A stretch of 64,000 bases of DNA, taken from Candidatus Eiseniibacteriota bacterium. Its GTDB lineage: Bacteria > Eisenbacteria > RBG-16-71-46 > CAVPCR01. A program made the position numbers and the translations under genes. The DNA is taken from positions 96,001 to 160,000 of the forward strand of contig CAWGMA010000001.1 in assembly GCA_963823555.1 (NCBI GenBank), in the 5' to 3' direction. The notes under the pieces are model-generated. The model was given only the letters and a program-made list of their open reading frames with translations. It made no database searches and was not told the origin of the DNA. Shown here piece by piece: positions 11,200 to 20,477 of this stretch (the stretch's first letter is position 1; every line of letters begins with the position of its first letter).

Positions 11200-12101
11200 C
11201 ACCAGCCCATCGGGTGCCACGCCGTCTTGGTCTCGGTCAGCCGCTCGATCCAGTACGGGCTCTGGGCCTCCCGGCTCGACCACCAGGCCGGCGCCACCGG
11301 CGGATGCAGGTGGACGCGCTTCACGTTCTCGGCCCCCTCGGCCGCCAGCTCGCGCGCGGCCTCGCCCTCGATGTCGTACACCTCGAGCGCGTTCACATCC
11401 ATGTGCCGGGCGAAGTGGGGGAGGAGATCGGCGGGCCGGCCGGTCAGGAGATTGAAGGCGCCGGCGGGCAGATCGCTCGTCGCCGCGCACTCGGCGAAGG
11501 CCACCGCCGAGAGCGGATCCCGCTCGGAAGCCAGGGCGACCACGGTGTTCCCGCTCGCGAGCGCCGGCAGCACGGTCGACACCAGACCGAGGAGCGACGG
11601 CAGGGGTGGGGCCACGACCGCGACCACCCCCGTCGGCTCCGGCACCGAGAAGTCGAAGTAGGAGCCGGCGACCGGATTCACGCTGCTGAAGAGCTGCACG
11701 TACTTGTCGCACCAGCCGGCATACCAGACCGTGCGATCGACGGCGGCCGCCACTTCGCCCCCGGCTTTCTTCTCCGCCACACCCAGCGCCCGGGTGATCT
11801 CGGCGGCGATCTCCGACCGGCGCAGCTCCATCATCTCGGCCAGCCGGTAGAGGATCTGGCCGCGGTTGAACGCCGTACGGCCGCTCCATCCGGGGAAGGC
11901 GCTCCGCGCCGCCTTGACCGCGTCCCGGAGGTCCTTCCGCGACGCACGCGAGGCGCGCGCCACGATCTCGCCGCGCGCGTCCTTGATGGCCATCGTCCGC
12001 CCGCCCTCGGTGCGGGGAAAGGCGCCGCCGATGAAGAGCTTGTAGGTCTTCCGCACATCGAGCCTGCCGGCGCGCGCCGGGCTGCGCTTCGCCGCCGCCA
12101 T
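11199..12101 (-). CDS. Short aldehyde dehydrogenase family protein (partner subunit in deoC-ald-ald clusters)
   Basis: KTYKLFIGGAFPR, NRGQILYRLAEMME, WYAGWCDKY, PEPTGVV and KTAWHPMG; TGATG coupling on both sides. Confidence 0.88.
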   Translation of the reverse strand: MAAAKRSPARAGRLDVRKTYKLFIGGAFPRTEGGRTMAIKDARGEIVARASRASRKDLRDAVKAARSAFPGWSGRTAFNRGQILYRLAEMMELRRSEIAAEITRALGVAEKKAGGEVAAAVDRTVWYAGWCDKYVQLFSSVNPVAGSYFDFSVPEPTGVVAVVAPPLPSLLGLVSTVLPALASGNTVVALASERDPLSAVAFAECAATSDLPAGAFNLLTGRPADLLPHFARHMDVNALEVYDIEGEAARELAAEGAENVKRVHLHPPVAPAWWSSREAQSPYWIERLTETKTAWHPMGW

Positions 12102-13681
12102 CACACGAGCTCCACGTAGGCGGCGAGCCCCTGCCGGCCGCCTTCCCGCCCGAAACCGGATTCCTTGTAGCCGCCGAACGGCGACGACGGATCGAACTTG
12201 TTGTAGGTGTTCGCCCACACGACGCCGGCGCGGAGCCGGCGGGCGACGGCGAAGATCTTGGCACCCTTGTCGGTCCATACTCCGGCGGCGAGCCCATAGG
12301 GCGTGTTGTTGGCCCGCTCCAGCGCCTCCTCCGGGGTGCGGAAACTGAGCACCGAGAGCACCGGACCGAAGATCTCCTCCCGTGCTATGCGATGCGACTG
12401 CGCGACCCCGGTGAAGAACGTGGGCGGGAACCAGAACCCGCGGGCGGGCAGCCGGCAACGCGACTGGTGCATGGTGGCACCCTCCGCGGCGCCGATCTTG
12501 ACGAGGCGGCGGATCTTCTCGAGCTGGGGGCGCGAGTTGATGGCCCCGATATCGGTGTTCTTGTCGAGCGGGTCGCCCAGGCGGAGGGTCTGGATGCGAT
12601 CCTCGAGCTTCCGCACGACGACCGGGAGGACCGACTCCTCGACCAAGAGCCGGGATCCCGCACAGCAGACATGTCCCTGGTTGAAGTAGATCCCCTGGAT
12701 GATGCCCTCGACGGCCTGGTCGAGGGGGGCATCGGCGAAGAGGATGTTGGCCGACTTGCCGCCGAGCTCGAGGGTGAGCCGCTTGCGCGTGCCGGCGACC
12801 GCGCGCTGGATCTCCTTGCCGACGGCCGTCGACCCGGTGAAGGCGATCTTGTCGACGTCGGGATGGCGGACGAGCGCCGCCCCGGTGGCGCCGCCGCCGG
12901 TCACGATGTTGACCACCCCCGCGGGCAATCCCGCCTCGGCGCAGATTTCGGCGAAGTGGAGGGCGGTGAGCGGGGTCGTCTCTGCCGGCTTGAGCACCAC
13001 CGTGTTGCCGCAGGCGAGGGCCGGCGCCACCTTCCAGGCAAGCATGAGGAGCGGGAAGTTCCAGGGGATGATCTGTCCGGCCACACCGAGCGGACGGGCG
13101 CGCCGCCCCGGGAAGGCGTACTCGAGCTTGTCGGCCCAGCCGGCGTGATAGAAGAAGTGGGCGGCGACGAGCGGCAGATCGATGTCTCTCGACTCGCGGA
13201 TCGGCTTCCCGCCGTCGAGGGTCTCGAGCACCGCGAGCTCGCGCGCGCGGTCCTGCACGAGCCGGGCGATGCGGTACAGGAACTTCGCGCGCTCCTCCGG
13301 CCTGGTTCTGGCCCAGACCGATTCCTGCGCGCGGCGGGCGGCGCCGACCGCGCGATCGATGTCCTCGGGGCCGGCCTCGGCCACCTCGGCGAGCACCTCC
13401 TCGGTCGCCGGGTTCACGGTCGGGAAGGTGCGCCCCGAGCGCGCCTTGACGAACTCCCCGCCGATGTAGAGATCGTAGCGCGGCTTGATCTCCACCTGGT
13501 CGCGCGCCTCGGGCGCCGGCGAGTAGTCCCAGGCCGTGCCGAAGTCGAGCCGGCGCGCGTTGACGGCGGCCAGGGCCGGCGCGGTGGCTGCGCTTCCCGG
13601 CGCCGGGCTCCGGCGTTTCGACGCGGCCCGAGCGCGGGCTTCTGGCGTCCCCGTCCGGCGGGTTCCTTCCGCTTGTCCCAT
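12101..13681 (-). CDS. Aldehyde (probably acetaldehyde) dehydrogenase
   Basis: IIPWNFP, KPAETTP, FTGST, LELGGKS, GHVCCAGSR and EEIFGPV motifs. Confidence 0.95.
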   Translation of the reverse strand: MGQAEGTRRTGTPEARARAASKRRSPAPGSAATAPALAAVNARRLDFGTAWDYSPAPEARDQVEIKPRYDLYIGGEFVKARSGRTFPTVNPATEEVLAEVAEAGPEDIDRAVGAARRAQESVWARTRPEERAKFLYRIARLVQDRARELAVLETLDGGKPIRESRDIDLPLVAAHFFYHAGWADKLEYAFPGRRARPLGVAGQIIPWNFPLLMLAWKVAPALACGNTVVLKPAETTPLTALHFAEICAEAGLPAGVVNIVTGGGATGAALVRHPDVDKIAFTGSTAVGKEIQRAVAGTRKRLTLELGGKSANILFADAPLDQAVEGIIQGIYFNQGHVCCAGSRLLVEESVLPVVVRKLEDRIQTLRLGDPLDKNTDIGAINSRPQLEKIRRLVKIGAAEGATMHQSRCRLPARGFWFPPTFFTGVAQSHRIAREEIFGPVLSVLSFRTPEEALERANNTPYGLAAGVWTDKGAKIFAVARRLRAGVVWANTYNKFDPSSPFGGYKESGFGREGGRQGLAAYVELV

Positions 13682-13722
13682 GCCGTTGTCGCCCTCTCGC
13701 CAACTACTGCGTCATAACGCAG

Positions 13723-14631
13723 CTAGTCGCGGGTAAAGTAGTCCTCGCTCTGGTAGCGACCGCTCGCCTGCTTGACCAGCTGCATGAGCAGGTCATTGGC
13801 CAGCGTGCTGGCCCCGATTCGGAACCGTTCCGGCGTGAGCCAGGCGTCGCCCAGGGTCTCCTTGACGAGCACGAGATAGTGCAGCGCCTGCTTCGCCGTG
13901 CGAATGCCACCTGCGGCCTTGACCCCGACGCGGCGTCCGGTGGCGATATAGAAGTCGCGGACCGCCTCGAGCATGCAGAGGACGACTGCCGGGGTGGCCG
14001 CCGGGCTCGTCTTGCCGGTCGAGGTCTTGACGAAATCGGCTCCGGCCGCCATCACGATCTCGCTCGACTGCCGCACGCGATCGTACGTCTCGAGCTCGCC
14101 GGTCTCGAGGATGACCTTGAGCACGGCGGCGCCGCCGGCCTCCTTCATGGCTGCGACCTCGTCATGAACGCGTGTCACTTCGCCGGCGAGAAAGGCGTTG
14201 CGGTTGAGAACGACATCGATCTCGTCCGCTCCGAGCTCGGCAGCGCGCCGGACCTCGGCGAGCCGGATCGCGAGCGGACTCTGTCCACTGGGGAAGGCGG
14301 CCGCCACCGAGGCCACCCTGACCTTCGACCCTTCGAGCGCGCGGCGGGCTACCGGCACCAGCGTGGAATAGACGCACACGGCAGCGACCGAGGGGATCGT
14401 CGCGTCGCTCTCCAGCGGGCGGACGGCCTTCCGGCACAGGGCTTCGACCTTGCCCGGGGTGTCGCGGCCCTCGAGGGTCGTCAGGTCGACCATGCTCAGG
14501 GCCAGCCGCAAGCCCTGCTGCTTCGACTCGGCCTTGATGCTGCGGCGGCCGAGCGTGGCCGCCCGCTCCTCGAGCGCCACCTGGTCCACGCGGGAGTCGC
14601 GGGCCAGATACGAAGGGGGAATCGGGTTCAT
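13723..14631 (-). CDS. deoC: Deoxyribose-phosphate aldolase
   Basis: VDLTTLEG, AAVCVY, FPSGQ, GADEIDVV, LKVILETGEL, GADFVKTSTGK, VKAAGGIRT and FRIGAS. Confidence 0.95.
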   Translation of the reverse strand: MNPIPPSYLARDSRVDQVALEERAATLGRRSIKAESKQQGLRLALSMVDLTTLEGRDTPGKVEALCRKAVRPLESDATIPSVAAVCVYSTLVPVARRALEGSKVRVASVAAAFPSGQSPLAIRLAEVRRAAELGADEIDVVLNRNAFLAGEVTRVHDEVAAMKEAGGAAVLKVILETGELETYDRVRQSSEIVMAAGADFVKTSTGKTSPAATPAVVLCMLEAVRDFYIATGRRVGVKAAGGIRTAKQALHYLVLVKETLGDAWLTPERFRIGASTLANDLLMQLVKQASGRYQSEDYFTRD

Positions 14632-14647
14632 GCTGGCTGCGTGCTCC

Positions 14648-15622
14648 TCAACGCATCGAGCGCGGCGCGATCTGGAAGACGGCCTTGCCCTCACTGAACA
14701 GCGTGACGCGCCCGGCCGTCTCCGAGACCACGATGGCCATGGCGCCGGTCTCCCGGCTGATGAAGGCGGCCGCCTGATGGCGCGTACCGAGCCCCTTCAC
14801 GATATGGGTCTCGCCCGGCGGCACGAGCAGATAGCGTCCCGCCGCCATCACGCTGCCATCGGCTTCGATGATGATGGCGCCGTCCATCAGCGCGAAGATC
14901 TTCAGGCTCTCCCGCACCTCGGGTAGCTGTACGTTCCGGCTGCGCTCGGAATAGCCATGATAGGGATTGAAGGTGAGCTGGCGCGAGCGCCGGAGCACCT
15001 GCCGGTCCGCTCCGTAGACCATGATGGTCCCGACCGGCTTGCCCTCGAATCCGAAGCGGCCGATCTCGACCGCCACGTCGAGGAGCGTGGTCAGGATGTC
15101 GATGCGCCCGCCCTGCTCGATCAGGTAGCGCTCGACGTGGCTGGCCTCATCGAACTCGCGGGCGAGATCGACGTCGAGCACCGAGTTGAGCTGGTTCGAG
15201 CCCGATGGCGCGCTGACACAGATGACGTGACCATCGGCCGGGAGCAACGAGGCCGCGCGTGCGCGGAAGATGGCGTACTGCACCCGTGCCGTGCTCGAGG
15301 CGAAGGATCCCGGCGAGAGGATCGCGAGCATGCCGGCTTCGGTGTAGTGGGGGATCATCTTCTCGTCGGTGACGCCGAAGATGAGCTGAATATCTTCCGG
15401 AGCGTGGGACAGCGCATCGACGGGCAGGCGGCCGTCCGCGAGAACGAGGACCTCCTGGGCGCCGCGCTGGCGAGCGAGGAAGAGGGCCGCGTCGAGGGCG
15501 GGCAATCCCGTCAAGCCCTCGCCGCGACCCTCTTCCGCTTCCGCCTGCCGACCTTCCGGCGGCTTCTCGCCCTTTCGCTCGCGCCCGGCGCGGCCCCGCG
15601 TCGAATCCATGCGCCGGAGCAT
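14648..15622 (-). CDS. Diadenylate cyclase (DisA_N/DAC domain) with N-terminal extension, DacZ-like
   Basis: EGKPVGTIMV, DGA motif (MDGAIII), GLGTRHQAAA and VVSETAGRVTLF; no TM helices. Confidence 0.85.
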   Translation of the reverse strand: MLRRMDSTRGRAGRERKGEKPPEGRQAEAEEGRGEGLTGLPALDAALFLARQRGAQEVLVLADGRLPVDALSHAPEDIQLIFGVTDEKMIPHYTEAGMLAILSPGSFASSTARVQYAIFRARAASLLPADGHVICVSAPSGSNQLNSVLDVDLAREFDEASHVERYLIEQGGRIDILTTLLDVAVEIGRFGFEGKPVGTIMVYGADRQVLRRSRQLTFNPYHGYSERSRNVQLPEVRESLKIFALMDGAIIIEADGSVMAAGRYLLVPPGETHIVKGLGTRHQAAAFISRETGAMAIVVSETAGRVTLFSEGKAVFQIAPRSMR

Positions 15623-15651
15623 AGCAGAGCGCGGCGGGCTGATCAGGCCGG

Positions 15652-16758
15652 CTAGGGCTTGAGGATCCGGCGCAGGAGATGGAGGCCGGGGCGCGCCCGC
15701 TCGAGCTGCTCCGGGGTCAGGAGCGCGATCACCTGATCATGAAGACGGACGAGATCGGCGCGGAACGCCTCCGGATCGTATCCAGCCTGGGTCAGCGCCG
15801 CCGTGAAGTCGTCGCGCAGATGAGGGCCGAGTCCCAGCCCTGAACCTGTCGAATCCCCGGCACACGGACCACGTCCGCCGCGAGGGCCTGGTCCCATGCC
15901 GGCGCCTGGTCCCATGCCGGCGCCTGGTCCCATGCCGGCGCCTGGGCCCATGCCGGGTCCAGGGCACTCCCCGTTCCCAGGCCCCGGACCGGCTCCCGGG
16001 CCCGGGCCGAAGCCCTGCCCGCGCCCGCCGCCACGCCCACCGCGGCCGCCGCCACGTCCGCCGGGCCAGCTGTCGCCGAGCTGGGCGATCACTCCCGTGA
16101 GCGCGGCGATCTCACCTTCGTGACTCCCGCGAAATTCCGTGATCAGGCGCTGAATTTCACCTTCCTGCTCCGCAGTGAGCTCCAGATCACGGACGACGCG
16201 CTCTCGCCAGGCGTGCCGCCCACGGCGCCCCTGGCGCCACTGCTCCTGCAGGCGCTCGCGCTGCTCGGGAGTGAGCGCTTCCGCGATGGCGTCGTGGAGT
16301 CCCCGCATCTCTTCCCGCAGCGCTCCTGGCGTGAGTCCTTCCTCGGCAAGGAGCGTGTGCCAGCGCTCGCGATCCGGCGGGTTCCCCTGGTTGGCCTCGG
16401 TCCGGGCGTTCTCTCGTGCTCGCTCGAGACGCCCGAGCTGGTCGGCGTTCTCCGCGGTGAAGTCCGCAATCAGCCGGTCCACCTGCTCGCGCTCGGCGGC
16501 CGGGATCTGGGCGGCATCGAGGACCGTGGTCAGGTGCTCGATCGGGTCACGATCGTAGAAGCGGGGTCGGGTTGCGTCGTCCGTTGCTGCGGAGGGCATG
16601 CCCTCCGGCCCGGCCAGGTCTCCGGTCAGGTCGTTCTCATCGCCCCCGCACCCGGCAAGGGCAACGGCGAGTCCCGCGAGGGCCAGGGTCAGAATTCCCA
16701 GCCGCAGATCGAGAGCGAGGCTCCGGCCGGCTGGCCGGGCATGTCGTTGGCGTGGCAT
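15652..16758 (-). CDS. Spy/CpxP-like lipoprotein with two helical repeats and a Gly/Pro-rich insert
   Basis: Lipobox LAGC; LTPEQ, LTAEQ and LTPEQ motifs; duplicated segment (RGLHDAIAEALTPEQ / VRLHDQVIALLTPEQ). Confidence 0.65.
   Translation of the reverse strand: MPRQRHARPAGRSLALDLRLGILTLALAGLAVALAGCGGDENDLTGDLAGPEGMPSAATDDATRPRFYDRDPIEHLTTVLDAAQIPAAEREQVDRLIADFTAENADQLGRLERARENARTEANQGNPPDRERWHTLLAEEGLTPGALREEMRGLHDAIAEALTPEQRERLQEQWRQGRRGRHAWRERVVRDLELTAEQEGEIQRLITEFRGSHEGEIAALTGVIAQLGDSWPGGRGGGRGGRGGGRGQGFGPGPGAGPGPGNGECPGPGMGPGAGMGPGAGMGPGAGMGPGPRGGRGPCAGDSTGSGLGLGPHLRDDFTAALTQAGYDPEAFRADLVRLHDQVIALLTPEQLERARPGLHLLRRILKP
15886..15956. repeat. 18-bp tandem repeat, about 4 units, encoding (GMGPGA)n
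   Basis: ggcgcctggtcccatgcc is repeated in tandem. Confidence 0.9.
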
Positions 16759-17007
16759 AGTGGCCTCCTAGGAGGGAGGTGAGTGGCCTGCCCATCCTCC
16801 CGTAGATCCAATGGGCGGTCCAGGGGGACTTCTACCGGCAAGACACCCCGGATCGGGCCAGGTGTTGAGCCCTCTTGCTCGCGGCCGGGAACGGGGTGGG
16901 GAGCGGCTTTGTGTGACACGGGGCCGGGCCGTCGCCTCAACGGCAGGCCTGCCGCCGGTGTCGAAGCAAGTAGCGGTGGAAGCCGCCTGGAGGACGATGG
17001 GGGCATC

Positions 17008-17577
17008 TTGACCGAGCCGCACGCGACGACCGACGCCGAGCTCGTACAGGCCTCGCGACGCGGTGACCGCGCGGCGTTCAGCCAGCTCGTGGCCCGCCAT
17101 GCGGCGCGGGCGGTGCGGGTGGCGGAGGCCATCCTCGGCAATCGAGCCGAGGCCGAGGATGCCGCTCAAGATGCCTTCATCCGAGCCCTCGAGCGACTCG
17201 ACGGGCTGCGCCGCCCGGAGTCCTTCGCACCATGGTTATTACGGCTCGTGACGACGGTGAGCCTCAATGCGCGCCGGGCTCGCGGCCGGCGCCGCGAGGA
17301 GGAGATCGATGACACCTTGCCGCTTCACGACCCCGATCCGGCGGCCATCGCTGCCGCGGAGGAACTGCGGGAGGCCTTCGGACGGGCGCTGGGCCGGCTG
17401 CCCGAGGAGCGGAGAGTGGCGGTGGTGCTCTGCCTCGTGGAGGGCTTGAACGCGACCGAGGCGGGCCGGATCATGGGCATTCCTCCGGGGACGGTGCGCT
17501 CCCACCTGCACCACGCTCGGAAGAGGCTGCGCGAGGAGCTCCAGGCCTTTGCGCCGGTGAGAGAAGAAGAGCCATGA
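17008..17577 (+). CDS. ECF-type RNA polymerase sigma factor (TTG start inferred)
   Basis: DAELVQASRRGDRAAFSQLV, AEDAAQDAF, FAPWLLR and GIPPGTVRSHLHHARKRLR. Confidence 0.92.
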   Translation: MTEPHATTDAELVQASRRGDRAAFSQLVARHAARAVRVAEAILGNRAEAEDAAQDAFIRALERLDGLRRPESFAPWLLRLVTTVSLNARRARGRRREEEIDDTLPLHDPDPAAIAAAEELREAFGRALGRLPEERRVAVVLCLVEGLNATEAGRIMGIPPGTVRSHLHHARKRLREELQAFAPVREEEP

Positions 17578-17978
17578 GAGAAGACAGAGACGACTTCGAG
17601 CGAAGAATGGCCCATGTTCTCGGCGACCTCCGGCCGTCTGACGAGACGCCGGCGCCGGGATGGGAGCGGCAGTTCGCGGCCCAGGTGGCGGCGCGAGCCT
17701 CTGCCGAGCTCGATCGCCGTGCTTCGGGCCCGTCGTTCTGGCAGCTTCTTGCCCGCTGGCCGGCGCCCCTCCTTCCAGCAGCTGCCGCGGCGATCGCTCT
17801 TCTCATCGTGCTCACCTCCGGTGGCGGGCTCACCATTCCAGGTTCCGGCGAGGGCGGCGCGGCGGTGCAGGTCATCCTGAGCGGCGATCCTCTCGATGCC
17901 GTGATCGCCGATCCGGTCCTGTCGCTGATCGGGAACACGCCCGCCGGCGAGATCACACCGGGGGAGGTGACGCAGTGA
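17574..17978 (+). CDS. Putative single-TM anti-sigma factor
   Basis: ATGA-coupled to the ECF sigma gene; central hydrophobic helix (PAAAAAIALLIVL). Confidence 0.6.
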   Translation: MREDRDDFERRMAHVLGDLRPSDETPAPGWERQFAAQVAARASAELDRRASGPSFWQLLARWPAPLLPAAAAAIALLIVLTSGGGLTIPGSGEGGAAVQVILSGDPLDAVIADPVLSLIGNTPAGEITPGEVTQ

Positions 17979-18517
17979 ACCGCGGCCCGGCGCTGAAAGC
18001 TACGTTGATGCTCTTGCTGGTGCTCGCGAGCGGCATCCTGCTCGGCATCGTTCTCGATCGCTCTTTCCTGGCCCGGCGCGGCTCGCTGCCCCCAGGGGAG
18101 TTCATGTCGCCGTGGCGCATGGGCCGCATCCTTCACGGGCTCGACCTCTCACCGGAGCAGCGAGCAAGGGTGGACTCGATCCTCGCCGAGCGCCGTATCG
18201 AGCTACACGCCCTGCGCGAGAAGGTGGGCCCGGAGATCGAGGGCATCCGCCACCGCACCGAGGCGGATCTCAGGGCGGAGCTCACTCCCGAACAGGCTCA
18301 GCGCTTCGATCAGAACCTCGAGCAGATCCGGCGATTCGGACCGGCCGGGCGCTCCGGCCGCCACGGGCCCGATGGCGGCGGCCCCGGAGGATGGGGCCCC
18401 GATGGCCGGCGGGGCCACGGCCCGCGGGGGCCGGGCCCGCACGGTCCAGGCCCGCATGGGCCCGGTCCGGAGGGCCATGAGGAACCGCCGCCGGGACCCG
18501 AGGGCGGTGGGTCGTAG
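17975..18517 (+). CDS. Spy/CpxP/periplasmic heavy-metal-sensor-like protein with GPHGP-rich tail
   Basis: GTGA overlap with GGAGG RBS; N-terminal TM helix; LDLSPEQRARVDSIL and ELTPEQAQRF. Confidence 0.7.
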   Translation: MNRGPALKATLMLLLVLASGILLGIVLDRSFLARRGSLPPGEFMSPWRMGRILHGLDLSPEQRARVDSILAERRIELHALREKVGPEIEGIRHRTEADLRAELTPEQAQRFDQNLEQIRRFGPAGRSGRHGPDGGGPGGWGPDGRRGHGPRGPGPHGPGPHGPGPEGHEEPPPGPEGGGS

Positions 18518-18637
18518 GGAAGCCCCTTCGTTCCGATCGATGCTAGACTCGCCGCGCCCCAGCTCGAGGCGCGAGCAGAGTGCGCGCAGCCGTCCGCTTT
18601 CCTTGACGACCCATCCCGTTAACGGCCAATCGACAAG

Positions 18638-20080
18638 ATGACATCGAACCTGGACGCGCACTTGCCGCCTGAAGCGACCTTCATTGCCCGTTTCCGCCAG
18701 CGCGCCAGACTGACCTGGGTGCTTCTCGTCTTCACCCTCGCCTACAGCACCCTGGCGCTCCTCGATGGCAGGCTCAACGGCAATCCAGCGAGCCTGATCG
18801 AGTTCGGGGCCAAGGATCACCTGCTCATTGCCTCCGGAGATTGGTGGCGCCTGTTGACCGCCGCTTTCCTCCACCAGGGCGTGCTGCATCTCGCCATCAA
18901 CGGCTACGCCCTGTGGATACTCGGGAGCTTCTGCGAGGTCATGTATGGGCGTGCCCGTTTCCTCCTCATCTACGTCGGGGCTGCTCTTGGCGGCTCGCTC
19001 GCGAGCAACTACCTCACGCCCCAGAATGCGGTCGGAGCCTCGGGGGCCATCTTCGGCTTGCTCGGGGCGGCGCTCGTCTTCGGGTTCCGTCACCGATCGC
19101 GAATTCCTGCGCTCATGGGCAGGAGGCTGCGCGGGTCGCTCATGTTCTGGCTTGTCGTCAATCTCGCCCTCGGCGCGATCATTCCGGTCATCGACAACTG
19201 GGGGCATCTGGGCGGTCTGGCCGCCGGCACCTTGATCGCGCTCATTCTGGGCGATGCCGCCTTTGCCCGGCCGGGGCCACACGTCTTCTTGCGCGCTGCC
19301 GCGGTCACCGCGGCCGGCTTCGCGCTCCTCGCCATGGGTCTCGGGATCTGGAACCGGCTCACGGTGTCCTATCCGACCCTCGCTGCCTGGGTGATCGCAT
19401 CGCAGGAGCTCGCCGCCGAGGACCCGGTGGGAGCCCTGGCCACGCTCGAGGAAGCGGCGGCGTCGGCGCGGGGACGGGAGCCCTGGCTGCTATTGATCCA
19501 GCTCGAGCACGTCCGGGCCCTCGAGGCGATCGGGGCCGGCACGCAGGCGGCCGCCATGGTCGAGGAAGCGGCGAACGGAGCGGCCTTCGCCCACGCCCGG
19601 CACCCGTGGGCCGGTGGCGCGGCCGATCAATTCATGGAATGGAAGCGCTATGCCGATGCGGAGCGGCTCTACCGGCGCGTGCTGGCCACCTCGAACTCGC
19701 CGGAAGCGGCGAACAATCTGGCCTGGATGTACCTCACCGCCGCGGACTCGACCTTCATCCGCCCAGCGGCGGCCTTGCCCCTGGCGGAGCGTGCGGTCGC
19801 CGCCGAGCCCGAGAACCCCTTCTATCTGGGCACGCTCGGCACGGCGCAGCTTCGCCTGTGGCGCCACCAGGCCGCGGCGGAGAACCTGCTCAAGGCCATC
19901 CATCTCCACGAACCGGGCAACGAGGGGACCGATCTCTACCTGCTCACGATCGCGCTGGCCGGGATGGGACACGGGGCCCAGGCCGAGACGGTCCTCGAGG
20001 AGGCCGTGGAGCACTTTCCCGAGGATCCCTTCCGTGAAGAGGCGGAGCGGGCCCTACGCCGGAAGTCACTCGCGATCTGA
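18638..20080 (+). CDS. Rhomboid intramembrane serine protease with C-terminal TPR-like region
   Basis: WWRLLTAAFLH, HLAIN, VGASGAIFG and HLGG motifs; AANNLAW...ALPLAERAV TPR-like repeats. Confidence 0.9.
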   Translation: MTSNLDAHLPPEATFIARFRQRARLTWVLLVFTLAYSTLALLDGRLNGNPASLIEFGAKDHLLIASGDWWRLLTAAFLHQGVLHLAINGYALWILGSFCEVMYGRARFLLIYVGAALGGSLASNYLTPQNAVGASGAIFGLLGAALVFGFRHRSRIPALMGRRLRGSLMFWLVVNLALGAIIPVIDNWGHLGGLAAGTLIALILGDAAFARPGPHVFLRAAAVTAAGFALLAMGLGIWNRLTVSYPTLAAWVIASQELAAEDPVGALATLEEAAASARGREPWLLLIQLEHVRALEAIGAGTQAAAMVEEAANGAAFAHARHPWAGGAADQFMEWKRYADAERLYRRVLATSNSPEAANNLAWMYLTAADSTFIRPAAALPLAERAVAAEPENPFYLGTLGTAQLRLWRHQAAAENLLKAIHLHEPGNEGTDLYLLTIALAGMGHGAQAETVLEEAVEHFPEDPFREEAERALRRKSLAI

Positions 20081-20104
20081 TCTCTCCGAGCCTCTGAAGA
20101 TCGC

Positions 20105-20446
20105 CTAGACGGAGTCGAGCTCGACTGCGCGCCCGAGCTTCTCGCTGATCAACCTCCCGAGGCAGGCAAGGAGCTCCTCGCCCTCCTGAGCTGTCGATAC
20201 GAAGCGGCCGCCGCGCGGCGCGAAGTGCCAGGCGCGCCGGTTGGCGGAAAGCCATATCTCCTGCGCCGGCCCGTTCAGGTTCAGGAGGAAGTGATCCCCG
20301 CTCTCGAAGCTCAACGTCAGCACGTTCTCCTCGAGATCGGTTTCGATCTCGTCGGCGTTGAGGCGATCGATCGCTTCCTCGACCGCCATCAGAGCGCGGC
20401 GGGCGCTCTCCTCGAAGTCGCGCGGCGTTATCTCGGGGGCCATCAT
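20105..20446 (-). CDS. cyaY: Iron donor protein CyaY (frataxin family)
   Basis: ENVLTLSF, LLNLNGPAQEIWLS and AWHF; acidic N-terminal helix. Confidence 0.85.
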   Translation of the reverse strand: MMAPEITPRDFEESARRALMAVEEAIDRLNADEIETDLEENVLTLSFESGDHFLLNLNGPAQEIWLSANRRAWHFAPRGGRFVSTAQEGEELLACLGRLISEKLGRAVELDSV

Positions 20447-20477
20447 CAGTTTGCGACCTTCCTTGGGTTGATCCTGG

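Noticed and set aside
9637..13703. Long 886-aa and 834-aa minus-strand ORFs
   Set aside because: Their N-terminal parts are shadow frames of the upstream aldehyde dehydrogenase genes. The real starts are at 11199 and 12101 (TGATG coupling).
16890..16920. TGTCACA...CGTT ECF-like promoter for the divergent Spy-like gene
   Set aside because: The 18-bp spacer is longer than typical ECF spacing, and no second copy supports it.
18638..20080. Rhomboid as the processing enzyme (rhombosortase) for the TWGxIK tail
   Set aside because: Rhombosortase substrates have a C-terminal TM helix, which this tail lacks, and the gene is not adjacent to the cargo genes.
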